In this document: piece by piece, positions 25,501 to 39,934 of the stretch
Position numbering within the stretch: the first letter of the stretch is position 1
Layout of the letters: the number at the start of each line of letters is the position of its first letter
From: Camelus dromedarius
Taxonomy: Eukaryota
Direction of reading: 5' to 3'
Length of the DNA: 64,000 nt
Assembly (NCBI RefSeq): GCF_036321535.1
Contig: NC_087436.1
Location: 89,282,001 to 89,346,000, forward strand
The notes under the pieces: generated by a model
What the model was told of the DNA's origin: nothing
The model's input: only the letters and a program-made list of their open reading frames with translations
The model's database searches: none
Program-made: the position numbers and the translations under genes

Positions 25501-27959
25501 AAATAAATACTTAGAAAGGCTATATGGTAGATGACTTTATAACAGTGAACATTCACTGATTATCTCCTGTGTGCTAGAAACTTCCTGATGTTTCTCTATC
25601 TAAAATGTTCCTAATCCGACACATATTTTACCCTTATACAAATGGTGACTCTGGAACGTAAACGGTCTAATTTTCTCCCAATGTATTTCACAATCAAAAC
25701 TTAATAAATGAAAAGATATTCATAATCCTAGAGTATTGCATAACCTAACCTTCCTTATTCTATAAGAAGATTTTACAGTCGGGTTCTTTAACAGGGATGT
25801 TTCCTGGAGGCTAACACCAAAAAGGAGCCCTCTGGCTACTGAGTGTTGGTGCGATCACGTGGTAGAACCAGAGATATCGCAAAACTATGGTCATTTCCTG
25901 AGCTCCAAGATGATGCTAAATAGACCACTGGGTGGAGTTTGAGAGTTGAAATGTGTGGATGATAAAAAAAAGATGTTGATGTTTGGAAGGGTTTCACAGA
26001 GGAGAATGTATCTGAACTGAATCTTGACAGTTGGCTCATCCGGTGGAAGACTGCACCCCCGCCGGCAGTCAGAAAGGTGGAAGAAGACGTCAAGAGCAGA
26101 AACTCATGCAAAGACCTGGAGCCCGGAAGGGACATGTCAAATGGGGACTCTAAGTACTTCTGGAAGGCTGAACCCCATCTTTGATGTGCATGCTTTGATG
26201 CCCATGGACTTTAAAAACAACTCAACCATTTTTCTAAACAATTCAAAGGACCAGCTTCTTTCATAACATAAAAATATATAAAAATTCAGTGTCCCCCCCA
26301 TTATACATGAAAGTGGTAGTTTCTGAGCTTTCTAACAGCTTTCATTTGATTCTGCATACCCAAAGAAAAATCTCCAAAGCATCACCATCACAACTGTAAG
26401 AAAAACAGGACCAATGAGCCGTGATATCTAATCAGAAACCCCAAGGAAGAATTAGTAAATGTATACCTTTTAGTCTCCCACCTACTTTAACAACCGAACT
26501 ACTTTACTAGCACACGTTCCAAAATATCTAGCCGTGACAATTCTGCTGACTTAGGAGAACAGATAAGTAGAGAGAGGGAATGAAGACAGATCAGAGCACT
26601 AAACATTATGCGATAGTGATACTCTCTGCGTGTCCACAGACATGATTTGAAATGGTTTTTATACATCTTCGCTGCCAGGTTGAGCACCGGCAGATGTCTG
26701 TGGCAACTACTTTGTAAGTGAATGATATTCCGTATTAAGAGCTATCTGCAGGGAGCCAATTCAAATAATTGAGATGAATGTCTTGGGCCGGAAATGAACT
26801 TCCAAATACTTCAACCAGCAGATCAGAAAAATAATTCTTAGGAAAACAAAACAAACCTCTGTCTTTGTGGAGCCCATAAATACTGCCTTAAGTAATCAGC
26901 TGTAGAATATACCAACCATGGCAATTAATTTTGTTATAAAATGCTCAAAGAAAACTAACAGTTAAAAATCACAGGCTATTCGCAAAAATATTTTCAAAGG
27001 TTAAAACTTGCTTTTCCTCAAATTAGCAAGACAAACCACCAGTGCTATGAATGGCTCATGGTGGTTGAATATAAAAAATATTTTAAAGTTGTCCTTGGCA
27101 AAATGACACATTCCAAACATCATGGTCATTCACAGTAAGAAGAAAATCAGGTGAACAAAATAGGAAACAAGAAAGTACAATTCAAATAAAAGCATAGTAC
27201 CATGTGGCTTGTTTCAGCATTAATGTGAAACTGGATCAATTTATAGGGAGATGAGAAATGATACTCCTATTTCAAATAATCAGAGAATTGTTCATTTGTT
27301 GTAACTTTGTATTATGACATCTTATTAACACAGTACTTTTGATTTAAAAAAATCTTCATGTGTCAGAAAAAGTCTTTTCCAGTTCATTACTTATACATTA
27401 TAAAAATTATGGGGTTTTTTCAACATATAAAAAAGCATTATATGAAAATAATTTTCAGCAGATTTTTTAACTGGGAGTTTCCTAGAATTTAATGCCAAAA
27501 ATGAAAATCAAGTGTATTAGTCAAGACTTAAAGATAATGTAGTTTGAACATCTCTTTAAAAAGAAATTGTATTTTTGATGTTTTAACCTATTTTTCCAAC
27601 TAATTTTTGTCAAAATCTTATTTATTTATATGAAGTCTTACCCACCCTCTCCCCTGCCCCTGGCAAAAAAAAGAAAAAAAAACTAAAGGTACTTAAAGCA
27701 TTCAACAGTGTGACAAGCTAAAATAAGTGAAAAAAATTTAGAAAATATTATTTGGCTAATCTGCCAAACTTAAAAGAAAATCAAAAGTTGATAATTATTT
27801 GATTTGTGAAGCCAAGGAGAGGGAATAATTCAAGTTTCAGACTAAAGAAAATACACGTAAAAGAGTCAGTAGATTGATAAGATTAAAGATTCCATTGTAG
27901 GTGTATCAGCTATTAGTGTAAATGCCTGTTTGCAATTAAAAATTTTTACCTCAAACTTA

Positions 27960-28230
27960 ACGAGAACCATGAAAGCTGAAGATACTAAGCTTAGAGCCAT
28001 CTTCAGAAAGGAGTGATAGAGATCATTAAATTCTCAGGGATTTCTGAGAATTACACGGTAGAAAAAGAATGTCTGAGAACAGAAGACATCATCTTGGATT
28101 CCCTCATATTTAGGGGCTTAAGGAAGAAGATGGGAGAAGCCAGTCAAGGAACAGAGAAGCTTCAGGAGAGAGAGAGGGAACAGCTGGAGACAACAATGGC
28201 ACCAAACCTCAAGTTGGAGAGAGTTTCAAG
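27960..28230 (-). mobile_element. L2 fragment (interrupted by MER53)
   Basis: gagatcat...gagaacagaagac...catatttagggg...ggagagagtttcaag. Confidence 0.5.
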
Positions 28231-28394
28231 CAGGGCCAGCTCCACGCGCCTGGGACCTGTGCAGGCACCCCGGGCCTCACACTGTGGAGGTTGCCTTGTT
28301 TGGTTTAATGCTATTTTGTGGTCAAGAATTCTTGGCCAAGGGGCCCCACATTTTCACTTTACACTAAGCCTCACAAATTACGTAGCTGTTCCTG
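28231..28394 (+). mobile_element. MER53 hAT DNA transposon
   Basis: Ends cagggccagc / gctgttcctg; internal ttggtttaatgct...caaggggccccacattttcac...cacaaattacgtagc; degenerate 8-bp TSD gtttcaag / ttttcaaa. Confidence 0.8.
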
Positions 28395-29311
28395 TTTTCA
28401 AAAATGAAAAGTGCAGTAACTTGCCAGTCAGCACAGACAGGGACTGATAAGTATCTCCCAGGATTCTCACAAAAATACCTATCACTACATGAAAATGGAC
28501 AAAAAAAAAAAAACCTGGCAATTATGCCATAAAATAATAAAGAAGAAAAGCCACATGCCAAAAATCTGGGGAGAAATTCCATTATCTGCCTCCTTGATGA
28601 AGATGAATAGAAAAGCCCACTCCTGGACAACGTACCTAGTACTGCATGCCCCGCATCACAGTCAGGCACATGGCCACAAAAAGTACAGGTAAGGAAGGTA
28701 GACATAGGGATGAACGTTTTGATTCATTGACACTTTTAGTACTGAAACTTGGAATGAAGAGACTGACAAGACCAGAGAGAAACAGGCCTTCTTTCCCTAA
28801 ATATTTAGGAGCCATTTTTGAAATGAACCAAAGCCAGAACCTTACACCTTCCCAGCCAGCTAGGTCCTCCCAACCACTGCAGGTACTGAGAAAGTACTCT
28901 GCCATTTATCATTTAACATGGGGTTACGGTTTATCTTACGGATTGAGCTATTACTCATAATTTTATGTTTTCTTTCCTTGTTGTGACATTCATCTTCTTA
29001 AGCATAAGGATTCTCTCTTCTGTAAAACCCTGCTCACCTAAGCCCTCAACTCCATCTAAGCTTGATATAGAGGTAGACTTCTTGAAAAGTACTGTAGTTG
29101 AAGAGAACACATAAAGGGCTAAATTTAGGAAAGGAAGTAGAGATAAAAGAAAGCTGGATATAGAGATAGGGTATTTTTTAGCTTAAATAATTTGAAAATT
29201 ATATATGTTTATAATTCAGAGGCAAGCATATGATTAACTTTCTTAATAAGAATGCAGTTAACATTTCACAAGTAAGAATATAAGGACAGGGCTTTTAAAA
29301 TTACACTGCTG

Positions 29312-29416
29312 CCTCCCCAGTGCCTAACACAGTGTCTGGCATAGGGCAGGTGCTCAATATTCATTGACTGAATGGAATTCATTGATTGGATGGATGGATG
29401 TATGAATGAACGAATC
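29312..29416 (+). mobile_element. L2 3' terminus
   Basis: ccccagtgcctaacacagtgtctggcatagggcaggtgctcaata...tgaatgaa. Confidence 0.8.
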
Positions 29417-31711
29417 ATGGAGACTGAGTACTTGATAAAAAAAAGGAAAGGAACTGACAGGTGCTGTTACAGTCTGTGCCTTTTTTCCTCTCCATCCTCA
29501 GGCTTATGAGTATTTTTTTTTAAAAAATGAGGCTCCAAAAGTTTAAAATCACATAAAATATTACAGAAAACCAAGACCGACCATCTCTACCATCAAACCA
29601 AGACCTGTCTGACTCCCTCCAAAGGTCATATACTTTCTGCTATATAGTAACAAAACAGTAGAATACTATTTTTTGTTCAATGAAGAAACCAAGAGAAAAA
29701 TAGGACTTCCAATATGCCAAATGATTTTTCAGATTAGGTATGAGTGAAACACTCTCTGGGATTACTTGATTGCATTAGATTTCTAATAAGGATGTGTCTT
29801 TGACAGGCAATGAAATGGCAGCCTAGGTGTCAATTTCAAGTTTACAATTTTGCTGCCACTTCCTTAAGTGCGATTCAGAAAGATTAATCTTAATTTGAAA
29901 TCAGTTCTGATATATATCCTGACATGCATGAGTTTGTCTCACTCAGAAGTTTACATTTCTGTTTTTGTTCTCAGAGCTTAATTTTTAAATGGACACAGAT
30001 CTCACTTCGGACCATCCCCTTCCCTCCCCCCAGAAGTTTAATAATACCAAATTATTTTCGAGAAGTTGTGAAAAGTATTCTTTAACTGCCTGTAATACCC
30101 CACATTTTAAGTCATAGAGCTATAAAATGGCATACCAAACTGAAACTAGTTTTTACCTAGAAATTCTTCTAGCTTAGTATTCAGAGATACTATCTTCTCA
30201 AGAACAACTGAAAATAAATGTATACATTTTTTCAGATCACAGTGAGAGATATCTGTAACTAGATCCAATTTATTTTTGTTCTTATAGGAATAAAATATTC
30301 TTGCTTCATGTTATAATATCTTTTATTGTAAACCATATTTGCATTTATAAACGGAATTCATTTGCCTCATAGTTGAAACTCTCCCAGCTTCTTCAGAGAA
30401 ATATAGGTTAAAAAATCCCTGGCATATGGAAAGAGCTCAGTAAATATTTGTTGAATAAATTGAAATTCACATGCTTTCACATTTTGGCAGTTGATTCTCT
30501 AAATAAGGAATTACCGTTGCTTCATCTTTTAGATTCCATAGACAGAACTGATGATGTTTGATAGACCATCACTCTACCAGTATCAAAGAAGCTATGATCC
30601 CTTAAACGTGTCTTTCGTTAATAATTTAAAATATTTTAATTGAGTGAAAAATCGAATCCAATCTTATTTACAATGATTAAAAATATTTCTCACTTATAAA
30701 ATAGATTCCCTTCAATGCCTTTTGGAAAAAAAGTATCACTGTGATTTATTGCAACTGACTATAAATAAACTCATTTAATTAATGCACTTTAAAAAAATTG
30801 ATTAAGCAAAGGTTTGACAAAGATATATCAAAAATAGCATTATTCAAAAGATGTACACTTAGTCCTTGTGCATCTTTTCTGGTGTGTTATAATTCAACTA
30901 ACAAAAGAAAAGGTAGCATTGTCTGTGTTCAGATAATGAACTTACCACTACTTATGGAAAAAGCTTTATTTAGAGATGAGAGGAGGTAAGATTAGCAGTT
31001 TCTCTGGAGATATATACTTAGTTAAAAATCTATTTAAGAGAGACACTGAAGAGAAATGCAGCGAAGATGGAAGATTGGCTGATAATCTGGGTAAATGTTT
31101 TATACTGTTAGATTTGGCCTAGTATCTTTAAAAATTGATTCTTAGCAACCTGCTGTAGTCCCAGAAGTAGTCCAGAACCATTAACCTCAACCAACTGACT
31201 CCTTAGGTTCCCATCTATTCCTAAACTAATTCATTTCATTTTTATACTTTGACCAATAACAGCCTTTTTGACACTTACTATCACTCAGTTGGTCCTTAAC
31301 CTCTGATTCCTGGCTTCCTCCTTCCACTGCAATGCTAACCCTTCCATTTTGTTGCTTCTGGATGCTTCGTTTCAGCTCACCAGGCCCTAGACACACTAGC
31401 TCTGGGGACCAGTGCACTACTATTAATAAGGCCTTTGAAATGTGCAACCAAAGCCCTGGTTTTATTCTTAGTTTTGAAAGAAAGAAAATTCTCAAAAGAT
31501 CAGGCATAAGCTACTCCAGAAGGTTTCAAATCTCAGCTTTCATTTTCTGTATGCTGGTAACTCCCAAAATTAGAGTTAACTCTCTAAATCTACCACTCTC
31601 ATGAGCTTCAGGACCCCGAGTAAGAAGCCTGATAGACATTTACCCTAACATATCCTTTTGGCCTCTAAAATTAAAAATGTCTGAAATCTTATTTAACACA
31701 CTTCCTCTGTC

Positions 31712-31903
31712 TTCCATATATATAGCACATATTCTTTATCCAGTCAGACTTACACTGCTCCATATCTTGGCAGCTGTAAATAATGCTTCTATGAACACTG
31801 GGGTACATGTATCTTTTCATATTAGTGTTTTCAGTTTTTTCAGATATATACCCAAAAGTGGAATTGCTGGGTCATATGGTAGTCTTATTTTTGGTTTTGT
31901 TAG
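31712..31903 (-). mobile_element. L1 ORF2 3' fragment
   Basis: catatcttggcagctgtaaataatgcttctatgaacactggggtacatgtatctttt...atatacccaaaagtggaattgctgggtcatatggtagt. Confidence 0.85.
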
Positions 31904-33699
31904 AAATGTAAGTCCTTATTTTTATTGAGACATCATCATTTTTCCAAATTAATCTGCAATCAAACCTCTAGGTCATCTAGCATTTTCCTTTGTCTCCAAT
32001 TCTACACAAAGTTTAGGTGTTTTTCAGATAAGATCATATAAAATTATGTATGGCAAGGATTAGTTTTTTGTTTGTCATTTTTATTAGATTCTAATTGAAT
32101 GTCTATGTTGAAAGGAACTTTAATGATCACCTAAGTTACCTACTTCCATATTATTTGTCCTGTCCTTTCCTTTCCCATCATTCACTCACAAGCCATAATT
32201 TTGATCATAAATAAAACCTTCTATCTGGTCATCCAGCCTGTAACCTTTCCCCACTGTAGGCCATCCTGTAACCCACATTCACAATAATCATCCAAAAATA
32301 AATCTGATTATATCACTACTATGCTAAAAATATGAATGATATGCCATAACCTACCCAAAACATCACATTTTAGAGTGTCTTAATGTTTTCAAAGAAATTT
32401 CACACAATATTTCATTGGAATCCTCACAACCATCTTAATACTCAAAGTAACTCAAAGTCATAAACAGTTCCTTCACCCTTGACACTTCAGGAAGCAAACG
32501 CCTTTTAAAAACTCCATTGAGATTTACTCCAGCTGCTGAGTTAATCTCTCTAGATAATAGACAAGGTAGATCATTTGAGCTCTGTGGGAAATGATGTTTA
32601 TTTTTCCCATGATACACTTTGGTATGCTGGCTATTAGGAATTCACCCATTTTGTCAGAAACTTGTTTGTTGAGAAAGAAGACTATTAAGGTAACACCTAT
32701 AATGAAATTATGCCATTGTTTCACTACTGCCTATAATAAAAACTGATACAAAAGAGGCTCCTCATACCAGCCAAAAGCAATAATCACAGTGATTATAACA
32801 TGCAATTCTAAACTAATTAATATGATACTATGGCAGAAGAACAAGAGATTATTTGTTAAAATTTTATTAGATGAAAAATGTTCTTAGCTTTTTCTTTGTG
32901 ATTAATAGTTATTATTGAAGATGAACCTCTGAAATTCATAGCCAGAAATTTATTCTTTTTTAATTAAAAAACATTGAAATGTCAAAAATCTATAACCTAT
33001 TATTTACATCAAGTGATTCTTACAGGATTCAAATTTACCTGATGACGTTAGAACTATTTCAGCATAAAACTATGAGGCATCTACTCCGGAAGGTTTTTCT
33101 AAATTTCCTCTCTAGTAATTCTTTCCCATTTCTTTCATGGATATACTTATTATTCAAAAAGTGGGAAATAAGCCTGATATAAAGTCAGATGACTACTGAG
33201 ATCTAAGCTAAAAGCATTCTTTAAAAAATTCAATGGCCTCCTCACCTTTTTGCAGAATTAATTTTCAAGTGTCTGTGAAATTCATCTGAGGGGATTCTGA
33301 CTGTCAGTGGTAGCAAGGCAAGTTCAGAGAAGATGAATAGCATGTCATGAATATAGAATTATAAAGCCATGCATCTGAAGTGGATTCATTTAAATTGGAA
33401 AGGAGAGATTTGGTTATTGTAAACACAATTGCTGGCTTTCAGATAATGGAAAATAAGAACAAAAACAAAATATTACTGATCAAAAATATCTCAATCCTTA
33501 GCAGCTTTAGTTAATTTTCCTAGGTTCCTCTGTCCTTTTCAAAGATAAAACAATACTATCTAAAAGTTACTCTCATGAAATTTGGTCTCTTTTCAGCTTT
33601 TCAAAAATTCTAAGTTTTAAGAAAAATTTGTGGATATTTGGGATCACTGACTGAAAGCTACTTTTGTTTCTTCTCCAGATTGATTTTCCTTCTATTCCA

Positions 33700-33912
33700 C
33701 AAATATTAGCTGATTCTTATAGATCACTATGTGCCAAAAATTGTTCTAATGGATTTTCTTAGGTTAACTCATTTATTTCTTGCAACAACTCTAAAAGATT
33801 ATAGGAATTAAATTAATATTATTGTCTCATTTCACAGATGAGTAAATGAAGTGCAGAGAGGTTAAGTAACTTTCCTGATCTCACACAACTAGCAAGTAGT
33901 GCAGTCAAGATG
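33700..33912 (-). mobile_element. MIR SINE
   Basis: attgtctcatttcacagatgagtaaatgaagtgcagagaggttaagtaactttcctgatctcacacaactagcaagt. Confidence 0.75.
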
Positions 33913-34701
33913 TCATTATTGTTAATGTTGAAAACAATGATGCCCAGTAAAAGTATTATTCCTTATTAATTTTCCCAATTCTAATGAGTGAAATCAATAT
34001 TTTAAAAAATCTCAGTGGGACAGACAAACTAGAGTCTGTCCAGAGGCAGACAGCCCACTTGGTGAGTAGTTGAGAGAGGCATCAAGTAGAGGCGAGAGAT
34101 CAACCCAAGAGAATTGGTGTAGTAGGGTAGGTCCTAGAGTCTCTCTCCAATTCTAAGAATCCAGGGTTCCAAATACATCCCTGAATACTACTGATGGCTA
34201 CCTGTGTAGAGAAGTCATTGTAAACAAAAGAAATAGGAAATATTCTGTATTTCTGTTGAGCTGATGTCCTTGGGCCAAATTTTATGGAGTACCTTCAATG
34301 GCTGCCTTGAAAAGCTTACAATTTTTCAGATGCTCTTTAGCTGGCAAATGATGGTGTTTCAGAGAGAGTGATATGTGTTCATTTTCCTGCCCTCAAAGAA
34401 GCTCTTTTACAATAATATTCCAGTGGGAAAGTCTTCTGCCTACTAAATAAGAGCCACCCATCACCATGGTGTGATAGAGAATAGAGGACAAGACAAGAAG
34501 GAGAAGGACCACTTGTCAGAAGCTTGCCCAGCTTCTTTCTCTACAGGTGCATTCCATGTTATAGTTACAAAGGTAATTATGTATAATTCTTTCAAACTTT
34601 CTCTTGTACCCCCCCAACAACTTATATTTTTATACACTTTTATTATGACTCCAATTTAATCAATATGATCCTTTGGGTCTTAGTTACTGACTAGTTTCTA
34701 T

Positions 34702-34951
34702 CAGATACTAATATATATATATATATAAAATAGATAAACAACAAGTTTATTCTGTATAGCACAGGGAACTATATTCAATATCTTGTAATTTACAATGAAA
34801 AAGAATATGTAAAGGAATATACGTATGTTCATATATGACTGAAACATTATGCTGTATACCAGAAATTGACACAACATTGTAAACTGACTATACTTCAATA
34901 AAAATATATATATATATAAAAAATGAAAACAAAAACAAAAAACAACAAAAA
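34702..34951 (+). mobile_element. Short 5'-truncated L1 3' end (camelid-like subfamily)
   Basis: aaaatagataaacaacaagtttattctgtatagcacagggaactatattc...gactgaaacattatgctgtataccagaaattgacacaacattgtaaactgactatacttcaat plus A-rich tail. Confidence 0.9.
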
Positions 34952-35404
34952 TCTATAAAATATGACTTGAACTTCACTGGAAACAACTTGAACTAGTCTA
35001 AGCTTTTTTGTGTTGAATAAAGACAATAGTGTAGAAAGATAATTCCTTTAACCACATATACAATAATATAGTTAAATAGAATAACTTAATAAAATAGTCT
35101 AATAATTATTTCTAAGTATTAAACTCACTACGCAGCTGTTTTGACACAAAAAATATGAGTTCGATAAAATAATCTGGGTTACATTATAGTTTTCAAGATA
35201 TCTATAGAAAGCTATCGTTTTGGAAAAGATTTCCACCAAAAGACTATAAAATATCTCTTTAATATTTCTAGAGGCCATAGATTTGTTTTTCACATTTGGC
35301 ACTGGGAGTTAATAATAATGACTCCAGGATACAAAAAACAGAAGACTTTTTCCATGCTTTGTTTCTGTATATTTGTAGTTCTTATATAAACTACTTACTT
35401 TAAA

Positions 35405-36300
35405 CTCAGTGTCTTGAACTTCTTCACTGGATATCTCACAGATTCCACAAATTCAACTTACCTTCTCCCTCTTCATCATCATGCACCTCCAACACACCAG
35501 CCTCCATGCTCGTCTGCCTTGTTCCAGATCTCAAAGAACATAGAACCACTCACCCAGTTGTCCACATGGGAAATTAGAAGTCATTCTTAACTCCTCCTGT
35601 CCCTCACCTAAGGTGATCACTAGTAACTGTTCATTCTACCTCCCCTATATTTTTTCAGATCTCTCCATCACGGATGTGACTGAGGTCCATCATTCTTCAC
35701 TTAAACCACCACAGTAATCTCTTGACTCTCCTTGACTCCAGTCTTAGCCTTTTTCAATCCAGTCTTAGGAATATAGCTCAAGTACGAATCTGATGATCCT
35801 ACTCTGATGTTTTAAGGTGCTGGCCCTCCATGTCCTGGCCCCTGCTTTTTCCTCCACCTTCATCTCTCAGTACTTTCTGGCCCTTTCTGTTTCTGCTGCA
35901 TTATACAGTTTGAAGTTGCCAGAATTTGCCATTGTCTTCCTTATCTCTGCCATTCTGTTGCTCCCCTCCTTTAAATGGACAACTTCAACCTGTCTTTAGG
36001 ATTCAAATTAGACTTCACATCTCTGGGATTTTACTTTAACTACCTAACCCTAGATCGACTGAGATAACGCGACTCCTCAGAACTACTCCTCTGGGTCCCT
36101 GCAATCTTCCCTTTTACTGTCATTCATACTGCATTCTAGTTTGCCTATTTACCTGCCCATCCTCACAACAATCTCTTCAACTTCCTGAGAGTAGGGGCAA
36201 GATTTTGTTCATTCTAAACACTTGGATCTCTTAGAAAAGTGTCCTTGAGGGTAAGTAGCCATGTGGGTATTTGTTAGTAATAGTTTGTGGTTGAATAACA
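35405..36300 (+). mobile_element. L2 3' region
   Basis: cttcactggatatctcacag...accactcacccagttgtccac...gaagtcattcttaactcctcc...cttcctgagagtagggg. Confidence 0.7.
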
Positions 36301-37099
36301 CACTAGAAAAGCAGAATATTACACCTTGACTTTAAATCCCAACTTAAACCCAAACTTCCATCCCAATTTGGCTCCCTAAACTGTCAACCCTGTTTGTAAA
36401 TGCAGATTAGCAAGGCTTGTGAAACTGAAGTTCTTTTATCCTGTATCTTTACAGCCAAGTCCTTATGACAACTTGCCAAGTGTTGGGTTGACTCCCGAGC
36501 ATTTCACTTTTTCAATTTCTAAAGTAAAAACTGGGTTCTCTGCTAATTAAAATGACAGACTGGAGTTTATTTACAGTTCCTACAAGGAATGGCACTCTCC
36601 CTCTTCCTGTCTAGAAATAAACTTCAGAGATGAAGGAGGTGCTTTTGTGAAAACGCCTTTCTAACTTCAAAGAAAAAACAGGCCCATATCTGCCATGTCA
36701 CTCTGTTTCCGAAATGAGCATTCCACATCTAAGGATCAAGTTTTTGAAACCAGGATATAAAACACTCTGCACCTATACATTTCTCCATCATTTGACAGGT
36801 TGCTTTGGCTCTTAAAATAGAAATGTGTTTTCATCTTGCTGTGATGTGTACTGCCATGACATCTGCATGGTTTTTCTCAGACAAGTACTTAGAGACAAAC
36901 AAACGAAAGTTGCTAAACACGGTGGGATGGGAGGTCAGCAGAGATGATCTCAAGAGGAAGTGATTTTTTTTTCTTCTCTTCATTTCTACTGTTAAAAAAA
37001 GCTGCTGGTTACAGTAGCAGTGAGGAATTTAGCCCAAAGCAAGGAGGTTAAAGTGAAGGCACTGTGCATCTTAATTAAATGCAGCTTATAGAAATTGTA

Positions 37100-37385
37100 T
37101 TTCTCCATTTCTTGCTCTTGTACATGTGCAAGAATGGAGTAACTCCCTAGAGTTGGAAATGTTGAGTCATACAACATGCAAGCACATTTGCAACTTTGCT
37201 GGAGGGATGTCCAATCTTCCCAAGTGGTCGACCACCCTCAGTCAACCAGAGTTTTTATCATAACCCATCCTTGTTGATGCTTTATATTGTCTGATTTTTA
37301 AGTTTTTGCCCATATGGTGGGTCTAAAATGATTTTCTATCACCAGATTAATTTGCTCTTTCTTTGCTTTTAATGAGGTTTGTTAT
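37100..37385 (-). mobile_element. Old L1ME fragment
   Basis: cctagagttggaaatgttgagtcata...ttttaagtttttgcccatatggtgggtctaaaatg. Confidence 0.55.
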
Positions 37386-37719
37386 TTAGTAAAATTTCCT
37401 AATGGCCCAGCTGTAAGGCCCTGCTGTTTAAGGTGAAGCAAGAGAAATAAATTGTTCCATTTTCTCATTAAAAAAAAAAAAAGAAATTACATATTGTACA
37501 TACTTTAACAAAATGGAATAAAGTAATGGTAATTTCTACATAAAGTTTTTTTTCTAATAGCCCTCTTCTTTCACATTTAAAAATCATTCACAAGACAAAG
37601 CTGCTTTTAACTCTGCATTTCTATTCTTCTTGTCACGTGAAAACTGCATGACACATTCCTCTCCTGCACCCTAGCTTTTGATTTTACGGCAATAATCTGG
37701 TTTCACACATGATTCATGA

Positions 37720-38410
37720 ACTCATATATTAATTCAACAAATATTTATAGGGCATTAACCATATGTTATGCATTGAGGTATATGCTGGGGGCATGGAGTC
37801 CAGCTCAAAAATAAGAGTGCAGGCAGTCCCTGTCCTAAGGGAGTCTACTCTATTGAAGGTGAACATCATGTAAAACTTTCACTACATGGAAGACCAAGTC
37901 CAGCCTTCTTAGCACGGTATATGAAATTGTTCACAATTTCACTGCACCCTAACTTTTGAGCCTCACTTATGTCCATCCCCCATACGTACTCTATGTTACA
38001 GACACAGTGTCCGGATGTTCAGGTCCCCTGCATATGTATAAGCTTTTAGACCTTATTAACTTTATGCAACCAGGCCTCTTTTTCAGAAATATTCACAAGT
38101 CCCCTGTATTATATTTTAGACCTACTTCTTAAGGTCAACTCTTTTAAGGTTCCTTCTTTGATTCTGATCAGTAGTAGAGTTGGCCTCTCATAGTTGATTA
38201 TTCCCACAGCTGAAAGTAGATACTTTCTACTTTTTACTTTTGCCGTAAGTACTGTATTATATACCATATATATATATATATATATATTGCAAATTGGTTC
38301 TCTCCCTTACCCTGCTTTCCACAACATATGGTGGCAAAAGCACACCACAGAGTTGACTGAAATGTTATCTAAATCAATGAAATGCTGTAGAGGCAGAGAA
38401 ATGAATAATT
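37720..38410. mobile_element. L2 fragments (minus, then plus orientation)
   Basis: attcaacaaatatttatagggc...tgctgggggcatg (minus); aagtccagccttcttagcacggtatatg... (plus). Confidence 0.5.
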
Positions 38411-39934
38411 GACTCTAGATGAGGAATCAGGAAAGATGTCCAAGAGGAAAGGGCCCTATTTCACTTAAAATTACACCAAAATTTAAAAGTAAGTCCAATA
38501 TTATTTGTGTACAAAGATAATCAAAACACCTCAGGCTCATTTATAATACTACTTAAAAGGCCAGGGAAATGACACTATATTGCTCCTATTCCTCAAGAAC
38601 CAGCTTTTCTAGGCTGATTTTTTTCTGCTCAGACCTTGTATATTAAAGAGGCAAAGAATCTCCTGAAGTAAAACATACTTGAAATCTGTATCAGCAGTTT
38701 TGGGCTCTTAGATATACTTTTATAAATATGACCCTAATTAATATGATAAACATGACCCTACATGAGTTATTATCCATAAAATGTTATTAAATAAACAGTT
38801 TCCTTAACAAAATCTCCTCTAGAAATAATTTTATAGTTACTTGATTTTTGTTGCACTTTAATTAGAAATAAGTCCCCATTCTCCTAAAATATAAAACAAA
38901 ATAGCATTCTCTTGAACTGTCTCTTAAGTCTTTGAAACTCTGAGCATATAACTTTAATATAAAAATAACTGAAATAAATCTATATTATCTGCTTGCTTTA
39001 TTATATTACTCTTTTGACAATCTCTAAATGTGGCTTCTAGAGTGAAATAGAATATAAATATTCTTAAATCAAATCAGGTAGGCGAATTTACAACCAAATG
39101 CCTTTTTTTTTGTAATTGCTAAATAAGACACTTAACTAAAAAGCTTGTTTACAGAAAAGTGGTTGGCTTTTTAAAAGTGAATTTAATGCTCATTAAAGCA
39201 GAGTATTAATAGCACTAGATAGCTCAGTCTTGGAAGATCTTGCAGATGTGTACACATTACTTCTTTCATACTGTCTTGATTTCTCCAAGTTTCTTGCTCG
39301 AAAATTACCCAGAAGCCCTAGAGAGATACCTCTGCAAGTGTGGTGAGTATAAATTAAACAAATAAACAAACAAACAAAAACAGCTCTGAAATATTTCTTG
39401 CTTGCTTCTGTAGCACCAAAATGGGATTCTAAAGGCAGCAGACAATGAGCAATCCATTCACTCATAAAAGCTTCTTAGCATATGTTTTAGCATGAACTTT
39501 ATTTGTAAGAGGAGAGGTACAGTTTTAATGATCACTATGAGCTTTCATCAGCAGGTAGACATTGATGTCTAGCTCAAAGAAAGAGCAAGGAACTGAGTAG
39601 AGATATCTTGGGGCATTCATAACATTTTGACCTCAAAAGTGGAGAAATAAAGATTCCAAAATCGTTCATATTCTGTCCTTGGAGAAATGGAAATCATTCA
39701 CTATCACAATGACTCTCACTCTTTCTTCTATTTAATACACTCAAGGAACATGACCAAACTTTTATTCCCCTCCAGGTATAATGGCTTGAGGTTGTGATGT
39801 TGGTATGTTCCTACTATTTGAGAAACATTCTTCTGTAATTTATTTAAATGTTTTCTTCTTTGATGGAATTGTCACACCAAGATGGAGATTCTTTACCTGG
39901 GCTGCATTTATACAATCTTGTTACCTCTATTGTC

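Noticed and set aside
28013..28447. 144-aa ORF
   Set aside because: It is made of antisense L2 plus MER53 sequence.
30946..31045. Second possible minus-strand exon (ttctcttcag acceptor, GTAAGT donor)
   Set aside because: Short pyrimidine tract, AT-rich with stop codons; indistinguishable from a pseudo-exon without expression data.
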